A stretch of 64,000 nt of DNA from Azolla caroliniana (GCA_043228905.1 JBHGNT010000020.1:9920001-9984000); one strand, 5' to 3'. Counted from the stretch's first letter, positions 1 to 13,600 are shown. Program-made: numbers and translations. The notes: a model not told the origin generated them from the letters alone.

Positions 1-2613
1 ACCTAATATGACCGGGTGCGAGGACGTCTCCTGTACGAAGAAGTGTTGGTCAATCTCGACGTCGCCGATCTTGACTCGTACGTTCGAGCAGGCCCCATGC
101 AGTTCCTCGGTGGCGCGCGTCGCCGCCCGTATCTTCCACCTGTGCTTGGTGTTGATCGGCCACTTCCCCTTCTTATAGAAGTCCATGGACATCAGGTTTA
201 TTTCCGAACCGTGGTCCACCAATGCCACCACCGGTTCCTGAACATCTCTGATCTTTACCGGGGTCTCCGTGGTCGCTCGGGCCCAGTGTGGCCTTGAATA
301 GTGGCTCTCCGCCCACTCATCTGCCAGCGCCGAGTCGTCGATGTGCGTCGTCCGCACCTCTACCGGTCTTTCCGGTTCCGTCTCCGTCGACAGCCTCTTC
401 CGTTTCACCAAGTCTACAATGGAGTCGTGGAACTCCTTCTTGGCGATCCCTAGCACCTCCCGCAATGACAGCTCCACTTTGCTGTCGAGGATCCGTTCTT
501 CTAGGACCTTTTGTAGGTCCGTAGTCCTTTCTATTTCCGTCCCCAATTGGTATCCGCCCTTCCTGGGGTTATCTTGCGAGCTGGACCCGCCGGCATCGTT
601 CCGTCGTTGCCCGAATCGGGTCTCGTACCGTTGTGAGGGCCCGACCGCTCCGGCTTTCCCCACTCGTTTGTCTTCTACCAGAGCCTCGTAGTTCCGGTAG
701 GCGGCTTCTACGAAGCCCGTCTTCTCCTCGACCGGATCGCTCCACCCGGTTATTTCCCGGACCCGTCTCTCAGCGTGGTCTGTTTCATCTTTCCTTAGCC
801 GTGCGCCGGCAAGACCTCCCAGCATTGCCGACTAGAATCCGTCTTTGCCCTCTGTTCGGGCCTCGCTGCCCCCGACCCGAATTCTGGCCGATGCCGAGTA
901 GTGGATGGCCTCTACGTGTCGGGCCGCTGCCTCTTCCATTAGTCTCTTCATACCTCCTCGCCCGTCGTTTCGGTTCAGGGCCCTCCTGGTGTCGCCGACG
1001 TGCACCCGGCCTTCCCACAGGTACACCACCCGGTTCCTCAACGCCTCTGCGAAATCGCCACAGTCCTTCCGAATGTGGCCGACCTCATCGCACCACATGC
1101 ACCTGTTCCCCGCTGCCGTCCGTCGGTCACGAGCCGGTTCGCTGCCTTCCCTTCGAGTCTGGGCGATCTGGAGATCCTTTATCGCTCGCGTCAACTCCTC
1201 CAGCGCTGCTCCTCCGGACGAGCCATTGACCATGCCGGTCGAAGCCGGACCGGTTTCGAGCCATTCCCGGGTCTCTTCCCTTCGCACTTGCGGTGCCGGT
1301 TCAAGCCTCCTTGCTGTGACAGAGCCTGCACCGGCCGCCCCGTTGTCAGCCCATTCTCGTCATTTATCGAAACGGCCACAGACTCTCTTAACCGCAGCCC
1401 AGTCGGTTGTCAACCCGTCCTCGGTTTCCAGCAAGGAGCCGACTTGGTCCCGGTCCCGCTCGTCCACCGACTTGACGAACAGTAGGACCCGGCTCGTATC
1501 CAGAACGGTTCGGTCAAGCGCCGAAAGGCGCGCAAAGCGTTCTTCGAACTCCCGGAGGAGTGCCGTCACGTTTCTTCCCTTGCCGGGGAACTCCACCCAT
1601 TCCATGAAGTCCCGTTTCGAAAGCCAGAGCACGTCGTCCAGCCCGTATTTTTCTAGGAGTCGGCCTTCGAACTCCTCCCAGGTACGGCTCTCCGCCCGCA
1701 CCTCGAGCACCTCCGCATGGATGCTCGGCATCGCCACTCGAGGAAACCCGGCAAGACGCCTCTCTTCCGGAATGTCCCGCATCAGCATTTCTACCCCGTA
1801 GGACGCCAAATACTTCGTGGCATCCTTTTCGCTGAACCGGCCAATCGTACCGACGACCGCCTCAATGGCTCTGTCGAGGGCGCCGGTGCCCTCGCATGCA
1901 CTCAATATCCGATCCACGGCCGAAGCCATGGCCTCTGCAAGGTCCGACCCCTTCATCTTCTGCTCTTCTGCCGCCTCCTTCACGTCGGGTTCACCAAGAT
2001 GTCGAGGTTTTCCTCGCGGATGCGTGGAATGAGGCGGGACCTCAAGGGTCCTGTACCGAAGAGCAAGAGAGAAGGGACAAGAGACCCACTACGTGCGAGC
2101 GTAGATTCACAGGGACGCGGCCCTTCGACACAAAGACGCGAGTGGGACAGCGACACAGAGAGACACAAATGTATGTATATATTAACAAGACAACAAAAAC
2201 ACGAAGTTGGTTACAACCGAACAGCCCGGTGAACAGATGCCGATGCCTGTTCGTAAACGCACAGAAAGACCGGAGCAGGTTGGAGGTGCTGCTGGAAGCA
2301 CTCGGGCATTCCTCAGAGCAGCGCGAGCCTCCCGAAACCTGCACAGAAGGAAGCTATGGAGTTTGCGAACCAGAGAGAGAGAGAGAGAGAAGCCTTCGCC
2401 CACGAACCGATAGCACTTCGTCCTCGACTCTCCGCGATCCGTCCCCCTTTCTCGTCTCCCTCCTTTTATAGGCAAGGAAGGAGCCGTTTCCCCCCCTTTC
2501 TTCCTACCCTCTAAATCTACCTGCCTAGGATCTTCTATAGACAACATTTGAGAAGAATCGGTTCCCACACTCCTGTGCACCGATTCCGCTTGTGGACGGT
2601 TTTCTTCACGACA
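1..2613 (-). mobile_element. Ty3/gypsy-type LTR retrotransposon, 5' part (LTR 2000-2613, PBS, gag with CCHC knuckle, protease); continues beyond window start
   Basis: The minus-strand LTR starts TGTCGTGAAG (2613) and ends CGACA (2000). The PBS follows 3 nt later. Gag-like ORFs are at 1360-1983 and 832-1287 (CMWCDEVGHIRKDC knuckle), with the aspartic protease motif ALVDHGSEINLM near 185-230. The element interrupts a copia RT at the GYA/QTHGVDYEETF motif. Confidence 0.88.
1979..1996 (-). promoter_or_regulatory. Primer binding site complementary to the tRNA-Trp 3' end
   Basis: Minus strand reads TGGTGAACCCGACGTGAA. The plus strand TTCACGTCGGGTTCACCA matches the 3' 18 nt of plant cytosolic tRNA-Trp plus CCA, as recalled from memory. 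Confidence 0.8.
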
Positions 2614-4036
2614 ACGCACAGACGCACGGTGTTGACTACGAAGAGACCTTTGCCCCGGTGGCAAAGATGACTACAATTCGAACCGTGATTGCGCTTGCAA
2701 CAACAAAAGGGTGGCACCTCCACCAAATGGACATCAAGAACGCCTTTCTCTAGGGTGAATTAGAAGAGGAGGTGTACATGATACAACCGCCCAGATTCGA
2801 CTGTTATCTGCCGACTCAAAAAACCTCTCTACAATCTCAAGCAGGCACTAAGAGCATGGCATTCGAAGATAACACAATATCTTCATCAAATCGGTTTAAA
2901 CATGTCCAAGTTCGACAACTCTCTGTTCATCCGGAACGACTCCAGAGGCCATGTATTTATCATGATTTATGTGGGTGACTTGCTCATAGGAGGAGAGAAT
3001 TTAGCAAATATTGAGCACATTAAGAGGTTTCTCTCCAGCCGATTCAAAATAAAAGGCTTGAAGGAGCTTCATTACTTTCTAGTAATAGAAGTGATTCGGA
3101 CTCCTGACGGCATCATGCTTTCTCAAATGCACTATATCCTCAATCTTCTTTACAAGTTTGGGATGACACAACGTAAGCCCGTCACTACCCCACTTGATTG
3201 AAATCTAAAGCTAGATGTCGACTCTGGCACTAGAGATTGTGAGTCGATGCTCTATCGTCAACTAGTCGGAAGCCTCATCTACCTCACGATTACCCGACCC
3301 TACCTGAGTTACCAGATTGGCCTCCTTAACCAGTTCATGTAGATACCAACAAACATCCACTTGGTCTGTGTTAAGCGAATGATACGTTATCTGAGTGGGA
3401 CGATGGATTTCAACATACTTTACAAATCGGCCACACTTATACGACTTGAAGGTTATACCGATGCTGATTGGGCTGGCTACAGAGTCAACCGACGATAGAC
3501 ATCCGGATTTGTCTTCTCCCCCGGCAATGGCGCCATATCATGGAGTAGTAAGAAATAGCCGATAGTTGCACAGTCGAGCATCGAAGCCGAATACAGTGAA
3601 GCTGTTTGGCTCAAGAGAATCTTGAAGGATTTGGGCGTTCCCATCAAGGATTTGATCCCCCTCTACTACGACAACATGAGCATTATTCACCTCGCTCAGA
3701 ACCTAGTCAGGCTCGATGATTGAACTAAACACATTGAGGTGCACTACCATTTCATCCGAGAACATGTCCTGGTCGGAGATGTCGACCTACAACACATCAG
3801 CACAAACCTACAGACAACCAACATCTTCACCAAGCCCTGGGAGTCGACAAGCTACGGTAGTTCATGATGAACCTGGGTCTTTCGATCGTCGACCAACCGA
3901 GATTGAGGGGGAGCAAGGAGAGCAGGAGTCCCGAAGGCCAAATTGAACCAACTTTTCGCCGTTCGGAAGTTGCGTTTGAAGGGGCATATTGAGAATCAAA
4001 CTCAACTTCCCGTGAGTGGGGTATGAATACCCCACC

Positions 4037-4318
4037 TGTCATGATATGGCAAGACTCAAACCCATGACCTTATGTTATATGGATCGAGCTCTTGACCATT
4101 ATACCATCTATTGTAATATGTAGGATATTATTTTCATTTAAGTTTTATTATAGGAAATTAATGTATATTCCAGATTACTCCTGAGAACACTATAAAAGAA
4201 GGCACTAGGCATTATGTTGAACCAAATTGGTTCAACGCCAGTCTTAAGCCTCATAGCCATCTTGTACTTACTCTTCCTATAATATATCATCTGTTATCAT
4301 CATCTCTCTCTCTCGTCC

Positions 4319-4354
<36 letters not shown>

Positions 4355-7300
4355 TCTCTTTCCTCCCTCTAAGGAGTCTTACGTGGTCCCGTCCTCTTAG
4401 TACTAATAGTACTTCCCTTCTCTAGTACTAATTCTCTCTCTGTTTTAGTACTATTTCAGACAGTTTGAACCAATTTTCGCTCTCTAGTCTTTCTTTTGGT
4501 TTCCCTCATCCTCTTATCCTTTTTCTATACAATGGCTTCTGTTAGCGCCTAAGAATACCAATCCGTTTTCTCCGAGCTACAGTGTCTAAAAGAAAAGTTT
4601 ATTGCCTTGGAACAAGAAAACCAACGGTTGTTAGGGGATCTTCAACAAATCGCCTTAGAAAAACAGCAAACGTAGCAACAACATGGGGAGTTGCAATAGC
4701 AACATGGGGAGTTAGCGTTACGTGTGCAACAACTCGAGGCAACGTTGCAACAACAAGGATCAAGTCCCCACAGATTTCATAAAGAGCCCAAGATTGGACT
4801 TCCTGTGAAATTTGATGGAAGGCGATCACAATTTAGGGGATTCCTCAATCAAGTACGCTTAGTCATTCAAATGCATCCTTCTCGATACCCCATTGATGCA
4901 TCCCGAGTTGGCTTAATAGGCACGTTGCTTAGTGGCTCAGCCTTGGCATAGTTTGCTCCGCTTCTGGAAAAACAATCGTCCTTACTTAATAACTTTAAAG
5001 ACTTTATTAGTGAGTTTTTAGCTTGCTTTGGAGATACAAACAAAATCCGAACGGCGATCAAAAAAATCCGATAATTGCGTCAAGGTGATCGTCCATCCTC
5101 TGCCTACGTGGCGGATTTCCATCTACTCACTTCAGATATCCCCTGGGATGACCAGCCACTAATGGAGCAGTTTCGCTATGGCCTGCGAAACGATGTCAAA
5201 GATCTACTTCTAACATTCCCCGAAGAACCAAAGTCTCTTACGGAGGCAATCAGTCGAGCGGTCCGATGTGACAACCACCTTTTCGAATGGCGTTCGGAAC
5301 GTCAATTACAAATACCATGCTCTAGGCCGGAGCCCAGTTACGCCTCAGTCGCGGCAAAACCGTTTGCACGAGACATACCTCAAGCAAATACTCCGACACC
5401 GATGGAGATCGACACCATGCGTCGACATGGCCTGTTATCAGAAGAAGAAAAGCAACGACGACGTGCAAATCGATTATGTCTTTATTGCGGTGGACTAGGG
5501 CATATCAAGTCATGGTTAGTACTAAAAGTACTCCCCCAGTACACCTCCCAGCACTTCTAGATTCCGGAGCTCATTCCTGTTTCATGGATCGAAATTTTGC
5601 CCAAGCTTCTCGGATATCCTTAAGAAAACTTCCTTGCCCCGCATCTGTAGTAGTCATTGATGGTCATCCCATTTCTTCCGGGAATATTGTAGAAGAGTCA
5701 GAACCTATTCAAGTTGTCCTAGGTAGTTTTGTGTGTGTAGTAGCATTTAATATAATTAGTAGTCCAGAGCATCCCATTGTCCTGGGATTACCTTGGTTTG
5801 AATGACATAATCCAGACATAGATTGGAGAACAAGAGAAGTCCGACATCGACAACCCCAAGAATCTACTCATCGAGTTTCGACCATTTCACTACGTCAATT
5901 ACATGAAGAAGGACACAAGGAGGCAATGTTCCTATTTGCAATATCAATACATCCTTCCAACACTATTAAGGAGGAATCCTTAGTGCAACTTTCGGCGAAA
6001 TATCATCCTTATGCCGATGTATTTGAGAAGGTAAAAGCCGATACTCTTCCTCATCATCATCCCTATCATTGTCCCATCGATTTACAACCAGGAGCAGAGC
6101 CACCATGGGGACCAATTTACAACTTGTCACCCACCGAGCTAGAAGTCCTTTGAGCCTACATAGAGGAGAACTTGGCAAGCGGGTTTATTTGTCATTCAAA
6201 ATCTCCAGCCGGTGCACCCATCTTCTTTGTCAATAAGAAAGATGGCTCACTTCGTCTCGTCGTTGATTACCGTGGCTTGAATAAAGTCACCATCCGGAAT
6301 AGGTATGCACTTCCTCTTATATCAAGTCTTTTAGAGCGAGTTAATGGTGCCAAGTTTTTTACAAAAATCGATCTAAGAGGGGCGTATAACCTCATGCGGA
6401 TCCGACTGGGAGATGAATGAAAGACCGCCTTCTGCACGTGGTATGGGCATTTCGAATATACTGTTATGCCGTTCAGTCTAACCAATGCACCCACGATCTT
6501 CCAACACATGGCAAATGATATATTTAGAGACCTCTTGGATATCTGTTTGATCATCTATCTGGATGATCTATTGATTTATTCAAAGACCCAGGAAAAGCAC
6601 GATTCTCATGTACTATTAGTACTAAAACGACTCCGCGAGAATGGTCTTTATGCCAAGCTAGAAAAATGTAGCTTTGACTGCAAGCAAGTGGAATTTCTAG
6701 GCTACGTCATCTTCTCAAAGGGCATCTCCATGGATCCAGCTAAAGTCCAAACTGTGCTAGAGTGGCAAATTCCATGGTCGGTACGAGATGTATAATGTTT
6801 TCTAGGTTTTGCTAACTTCTACCGCAAGTTTATACAAGATTACTCGAAGATTATTTTACCTCTCACACAACTTACGAAGAAGGGACAAGCATTTCTTTGG
6901 TCCAATGAAGCGGACATGGCTTTTCAGCATCTTAAGAAAGCCATTACATTAGCTCCTATTCTAGCTCATGTGGATACAAACAAACCATTCATCATGGAGG
7001 CCGACGCATTGGATTTCGCCCTCGGTAGCATCCTTTCTCAACAAGGAGGTAAAGAAGAGTTACATCCTAAGGCTTTTCATTCACGCAAATTTGATGCCGC
7101 GGAAATCAACTACGAAATACATGACCAGGAGTTATTAGCCATCGTGGATTCCTTTGTGCAATGGCAACATTTCTTAGAGGGCTCTCCACATCAAGTCATC
7201 ATCTTTAGTGATCACAAAAATCTTGCTTATTTCCAGAACGCTCGGGTGCTAAATCAATGGCAAGCTCGGTGGGCTCAATTCCTCACGTGTTTTGACTTTA

Positions 7301-9446
7301 AAATCACATATCGACCGGGGAAGCAGCAAGGAAAAGCAGATGCACTATCACTGCATTCATATCTTGCACCTCGTCCTGGAGATCTAACGTTTGATAATCA
7401 AAAGCAAGTAATCTTGGGACCAACATGATTGCACACAACGCGGATTTTTCACACCCCAATGGATTCCCGGATTACCGATGCCATACGTATGAACTTGAAG
7501 ACAGACAATTTTGCTTAAGACATTTTGGCGCACATTGATACCTCTTGGGCTTCTTGTTCCCAATCTCAACAACCAGGTATGGACTACCGACAATTTGAAT
7601 ATCATGATGGTTTGTTATTCTTTAAAAAGCTTGTATATGTCCCCGATTGCTCCTGTCGCCTTCAAATAGTCCAAAATTGTCACGACACCCATACGGCGGG
7701 ACATTTTGGTAGTACTAAGACATTGGATCTCGTTCAACGATCTTTTTTGTGGCCCCATATGCGACGTTTTGTCGACAACTACGTTCGGACTTGTGATTCT
7801 TGTTGCCGAGCAAAGATGCCCCGACACCATCCATATGGCTTGTTGGAACCCTTACCGATTCCAAGTAAGCCGCGGTAGTCTATTTGTCTTGATTTTCTCA
7901 CAGATCTGCCGGTCTCGAAGGGGTTCGATGCTATCTTAACCGTCGTCGATCGATATACTAAGATGGCACATTTTGTACCGTGTACTAAGGCCATCACTAG
8001 CGACGAAACCGCCGCCCTTGTCATGCGTGAGGTATTTCGGCATCATGGCCTCCCAAATTTTGGCAGCATCTCTTCAAGATGCTCAAGGTCTCTTGCAACC
8101 TCTCCTCTGGCTACCATCCCGAGCCTGATGGGCAAGCGGAACGAACAAACCAAACGCTGGAACAATATCTCCGGTGTTTTCTGAGTTATCAACAGGATGA
8201 TTGGGCCAAGATTCTCCACTTTGCGGAGTTTTCATATAATAATGTTGTTCACTCCTTGACTCGGGTCTCCCCATTTTATGCTTATACCGGTTCTCATCCT
8301 CGCTGGTCGGTGATCGACACCCCGGAGCTACCTACCAATCCTCTTGCCGAGGATCATTTGGAGAGGCTACGCAAGATCCAGATGGATCTCTTACTCATCT
8401 TCGTCATGCTCAACACACACAGAAGACTTATGCGGATCGCCATCGGCTTCCCTCCTCTTTTGCCATCGGAGATCAAGTATGGCTCTTACGTCGTCACATC
8501 AAGACTACTCGACCGTGTGACAAGTTGGATTATCGACGACTCGGTCCTTTCCGTATTACTAGTAAGGTTAATGATGTCACATTCCACCTTGATCTCCCTC
8601 CGCATCTTCAGATACATCCGGTTTTCCATAACTCTCTTCTTGAACCTTATAAAGCAAACACTATTCCCGATCGTGTTACACCACCGCCGCCCCCGCTTGA
8701 GTTGGAAGTCGGACCGGAGTATGAAGTTGTTGCCGTCCTTGATTCCAAACTTGTTTGCAACAAACTTTATTATTTGGTCGATTGGCTTAGCTTGAGTTGG
8801 AAGTCGGCCCGGAGTATGAAGTTGTTGTCGTCCTCGATTCCAAACTTGTTTGCAACAAACTTTATTATTTGGTCGATTGGCTTAGCTACAGTCTGAACGA
8901 ACATACTTGGGAACCCGTCGAGCATGTCGCCAATGCTCAGGATCTTCTTGCTGAGTTCCACCGAAAGTATCTGGACAAACCCGGCCCGCAATCAACGCCG
9001 ACTCGTTCCACTCGTCGTCTTAAGGGGGAGATAGTGTCATGATATAGCAAGACTCGAACCCATGACCTTATGTTATATGGGTCGAGCTCTTGACCATTAT
9101 ACCATCTATTGTAATATGTAGGATATTATTTTCATTTAAGTTTTATTATAGGAAATTAATGTATATTCCAGATTTCTCTAGAACATTTTAGAAGCTTCAG
9201 GATTACTCCTGAGAACACTATAAAAGAAGGCACTAGGCATTATGTTGAACCAAATTGGTTCAACGCCAGTCTTAAGCCTCATAGCCATCTTGTACTTACT
9301 CTTCCTATAATATATCATCATCTCTCTCTCTCTCGTCCTCACTATCTCTTCTCTTCTCTTTCCTCCTTCTCGGGAGTCTTATGCGGTCCCGTCCTCTTAG
9401 TACTAATAGTACTAATTCTCTCTCTATTTTAGTACTATTTCTGACA
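4037..9446 (+). mobile_element. Ty3/gypsy chromovirus (Tcn1-like), near full length and degenerate; LTRs 4037-4462 and 9035-9446; TSD CCACC
   Basis: TG..CA LTR pair; TSD CCACC at 4032-4036 and 9447-9451; PPT AAGGGGGAGATAG. Domain order is gag, PR (LLDSGA), RT (YLDD), RNase H (EADALDF, SDHKNL), IN (H-H-C-C, DGQAER), chromodomain (YEV..VLDSK..YYLVDW). Confidence 0.95.
4532..9034 (+). pseudogene. gag-pol of the Tcn1-like chromovirus, with stops and frameshifts
   Basis: ATG at 4532; ORF fragments from 4724 to 9042 carry gag, PR, RT, RH, IN and chromodomain motifs. Confidence 0.9.
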
Positions 9447-9668
9447 CCACCTCCTTGTATAATAACTAGTGTGTCATAGAAGTTAATGTCCTATGACACA
9501 TATTCTTTAAGTAGTTAAGACACAACCTCTTTCCCAAGAGGCGGTACTAGTGAGAGAACTTAGAGTGAAGGTGACGACATAAGCACCTTCTCCATCTCTT
9601 TGTAAGGTTGTTGGTTTTTCTTGTTTTTCTTGTAATACAGTTTTTTATTTTTCTGTAATCTCGAGTTT

Positions 9669-9725
<57 letters not shown>

Positions 9726-9809
9726 CTTTCCGCTACACAGAATAATCACCGATTCTTTACATGTCACTAGCAAAATTTCAGAAAAAAACCATGTACCTTC
9801 TTGGTTGGG

Positions 9810-10068
9810 CTACCAGGGTGGATATAACCGTTTAGGCGTGGTGTAACACCACTTCGGCATGCCATTTACATAGTCCACCAAGGGCGAACCTAGCCATGAT
9901 TGTTGAAAGGAAAGTCTCGCTACTTTTGCCATGTCTAAAGAGGCTTGCAACTCTTCATATTGAGCTCGAATATTCGTTACCAGATCACACCATAGAGCAA
10001 TGATTGTCTCCCTTGGTCGACTTTCTTCTCCTGAGACACATGATTTGCATCTGGATTTCCAGATGTTC
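9810..10068 (-). mobile_element. LINE ORF2 C-terminal remnant (continues at 16087-~16370 after the copia insertion)
   Basis: Joining across the TGTTC TSD, the minus strand reads NWPTIASITLWNIWKSRCKSCVSGEESRPRETIIALWCDLV. This resembles the LINE C-terminus at 23199-23948 (NITIWYIWKVRC..ERPAQII). Confidence 0.7.
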
Positions 10069-10448
10069 TGTTGAGAATCAAGCTCAACTTGGTCTAGTGT
10101 GTGAACTCACCTTGAGAGTGAATAGACACTCCAACGGTCAAGAGTCACCATTATGTCAGCTCTTTGTATTCTAGCATTTAGTATGAGTCATAGAATCATA
10201 CTCTATGACACATAACTTATGAGCTTTCACATTCCCCATGCTCCATGAGTCTTGTAGTTAATGAAGAGAGAGGGTGACTATATAAAGCACCCTCCTCCCA
10301 CCTTGTATTAAGTTCAGTCTTTCTCCTTTGTTAATATACTTTGCCTTGCGTATTCTCTGTGTCTTACTCCTCGTCTCTCTCACCCTTTCTCTCTCTCTCA
10401 TAACTCACATCTCTTCCGTTTCACAAGAATCATATCCGATTCTTTACA
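10069..10448 (+). repeat. Copia LTR copy 1 (380 bp), solo-LTR-like, flanked by TGTTC on both sides
   Basis: TGTTGAGAATC...TTCTTTACA. TGTTC lies at 10064-10068 and 10449-10453. Highly similar to the LTRs at 10678-11057 and 15702-16081. Confidence 0.93.
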
Positions 10449-10677
10449 TGTTCCATAGCATGATAGAGGCTATGGTGGGCCAATTAACAAGCTTATTATT
10501 TTTGAAAAACGCAAGCCGCGAAGAAAGACGCAAGCCGAAGCACAAACTTCGCAACTACGCACAACACAAGCTGGAGCACGGATTCCGCAACTTCGCGTCG
10601 ACGCGGACTCCGGAATGCAAGTCGAAGCGGATTTCGGATACCGTCTAAAACCGACCTAACTTGATCTTGAGGGGGCG

Positions 10678-13600
10678 TGTTGAGAATCAAGCTCAACTTG
10701 GTCTAGTGTGTGAACTCACCTTGAGAGTGAATAGACACTCCAACAATCAAGAGTCACCATTATGTCACCTCTTTGTATTCTAGCATTTTGTATGAGTCAT
10801 AGAATCATATTCTATGACACATAACTTATGAGCTTTCACATTCCCCATGCTCCATGAGTCATGTAGTTAATGAAGAGAGAGGGTGACTATATAAAACACC
10901 CTCCTCTCACCTTGTATTAAGTTGAGTCTTTCTCCTTTGTTAATATACTTTACCTTGCGTATTCTCTGTGTCTTACTCCTCGTCTCTCTCACCCTTTCTC
11001 TCTCTCTCATAACTCACATCTCTTCCGCTTCACAAGAATCATATCTGATTCTTTACATGGTATTTGAGCGGTTTGGTAGCTCCATCTAGCCCATCCACGT
11101 GTGTTGAGTTCTATGCCAACGTTCAAGAAGAACCGGCTCATCACTATCGTAGCTTCGCTATATAGCTCACATTCGAAGAGAGAAGAAGAAGAAGAAGAAT
11201 TGACATAATGAATACTCAAGTGGGGAGTGCTCTCCCTACCGAGAAGTTGGATCGAAACAACTTCGCATCTTGGGAGTACAAGATGCACCAATACCTTGTC
11301 GGACAAGGCTATTGGAGCTACATCAAAGGAGACCACGAAGACCGACCCGCCGAAGCGGCTCCCGGATACGCGACATGGGAGCAAGCCGCAAGCCGCGTGA
11401 TGTATTGCTTGGCGACATGTGTTCACGATCACATGCTCGGCTACATTCGCGAGGCCAAGATGCCGAAGGAGGCATGGGAAAATCTACGAAAGATTTTCGC
11501 AGTGAACACAACCACAAGAAGGCTTCAACTCCGCCAAGAGTTGAATAACATTCAACAAAGGGACATGTCCAGCACGACATACACCTTGAAGATCAAGGAG
11601 CTTTGCGACTTGCTTGACTCGATAAACGTAAGTATCGATGATGATGAGATGGTGCAAATATGCCTCGGCGGCCTCGCACCACTGTTCGGTGCGATGCGAA
11701 CCGCCATTCTAGCAAGGGAGAAATCTCCCTCCTTCTTTGAGCTCCAATCAATGCTATTGGTCAAAGAAAACCACGTGCGTACAAGGAGCAATGAGTCGGA
11801 AGGTCACATGCTCTACATGCACTCGAATGGAGGAAGAGGACGCGGACGAGCGAGAGGCCGATTCGGCCATGGATAAGGCGAACGACGTCCGACCTACGAC
11901 AACAACTCCCAATTTCGGCCGCAAAACGGAAGCCAATGAGGAACCTTCGCAAGAAGGGGGAGCTTCCACTCCGGCCCAAGCCGTCAAAACGCAACCGAAT
12001 GTGGATATTGCGGAAAGCTCGGCCAGCACGAAGAAGAGTGCCGAAAGAAGATGCGTGAATCGGCTTCCACAAGCCGACAACTCACGAATTATGCGCACAA
12101 TTCCGACTACGAAGAGTATAGCGGAATGTACAGGCACAACTCAGACTACGATGATCATGGCAGAATGTACGCACACAACTCCGACCGTGGCGGAATGTTC
12201 ATGATGAAACATAGAGCAAACTCTATGTCGGCCTCTACCTCAACTAGTGCCCTCGATCCGGAGGACGTATGGTTTGTTGACTCCGGAGCCTCAAACCATA
12301 TGACATCTCATAAAGAATGGTTTCTCGAACTTCGTGAGCCGAAGCGACCCGGTTATGTTGAAACCAGAGATGACACTACGCGCCCGATTCGGCAGATCGG
12401 CAATGTTCCGTTCGGCGAAAGTGGTAAGCAAACATACATTAAAAATGTCTTGCATGTTCCCACCATAACGAAGAATTTGGTCTCGGTCAGCCAAAAGGTT
12501 GAACAAGGGATGCAAGTACGATTTGACCAAGAAGGGTGCTTCATCGAAAAAGAGGGCCGAATCATCGTGCACGGAAGAAGAGAGGGCCGGATGTTCATTC
12601 TCGATTCACACGAGATGAAATCCACCATGTTCGCAAAAAGCATGAAAGCCGACTCCGACATAGAGCTATGGCACAAGCGAATCGGCCACATCAATCTCAA
12701 CAAACTCAAAGCAATGAAATCGAAAGGAGTCGTCATCGAACTCTCGACATTCAAAGAGAAGGAGATTGAAGGTGTATGCGAAGCGTGCCAATTCGGCAAG
12801 CAACACCGACACCCATTCCCGAAAGAGCAGAACGTGAGCAAAGGTCTACTCGACGTAGTCCATTCCGACGTATGGGGACTGGCGCAGACGGCTACATTCG
12901 GCGGATGCCGATATTACGTGCTCTTCATCGACGACTTCTCTAGGCACACTTGGATCTACCCGATGAGGCAAGAGAGCGAAGTGTTCGGACACTTCCAAAA
13001 ACTCAAGAATGAAGTCGAGAAAGCCACATGCCAACATGTACGATGTCTTCGATCGGATGGCGGCAAGGAGTACTTCTAGGACGATTTCACGGCGTATCTT
13101 CGAAAGGAAGGAATTAGGCGAGAATTCACTTGCCGAGACACTCCGCAACAAAACGGAGTAGCCGAGCGCAAAAATCAGCACATCCTCGAAGTAGCGTGGG
13201 CCATGATGAACGAGAAGCATATACCAAAGTTATATTGGGCCGAAGCTGCAAATACGGTCGTCTATCTAATGAACCAGTGCACAACATCCGGCATGCATGA
13301 GGTCACTCCGCACGGAAAATACTTCGGAAAGAAGCCGGACTTATCGCACACCCGGATATTCGGCGCGATAGCGTACGTGCACATCCCCGACGAGAAGCGT
13401 CAAAAGCTTGACCCGAAGTCGGAGAAATGTATCCTCGTAGGATACTGACTGGAGCAAAAGGGGTACAAGTGCTACAACCCCTCAACTCGAAAATCTCGAG
13501 TAAGTCGAGACGTCGTTTTTGACGAGTTCGCATCCTGGTATGCACTAGAGACAACTCCGACTCTGACTCCGCTCAACCCGGAATCCGCCGAACAAGAGAT

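Larger units (their letters stand above)
2614..9761 (+). mobile_element. Ty1/copia element, 3' part (degenerate RT-RNase H 2614-~3920; 3' LTR 3987-4036 + 9452-9761, split by a chromovirus)
   Basis: Motifs GVDYEETFAPVAKMTT, HQMDIKNAFL, IYVGDL (YVDD degenerate) and GYTDADWAG, with many stops. PPT TTGAAGGGGCA precedes the LTR, which starts T(A)TTGAGAATC and ends TTCTTTACA like the other copia LTRs in the window. Confidence 0.88.

Noticed and set aside
1979-1996. tRNA-Trp gene
   Set aside because: Only the 3' 18 nt including CCA are present, right next to an LTR end, so it is a PBS.
288-2726. Many overlapping plus-strand and alternative-frame ORFs (also 36437-39364)
   Set aside because: They are shadow ORFs of GC-rich retroelement sequence with no recognisable motifs.
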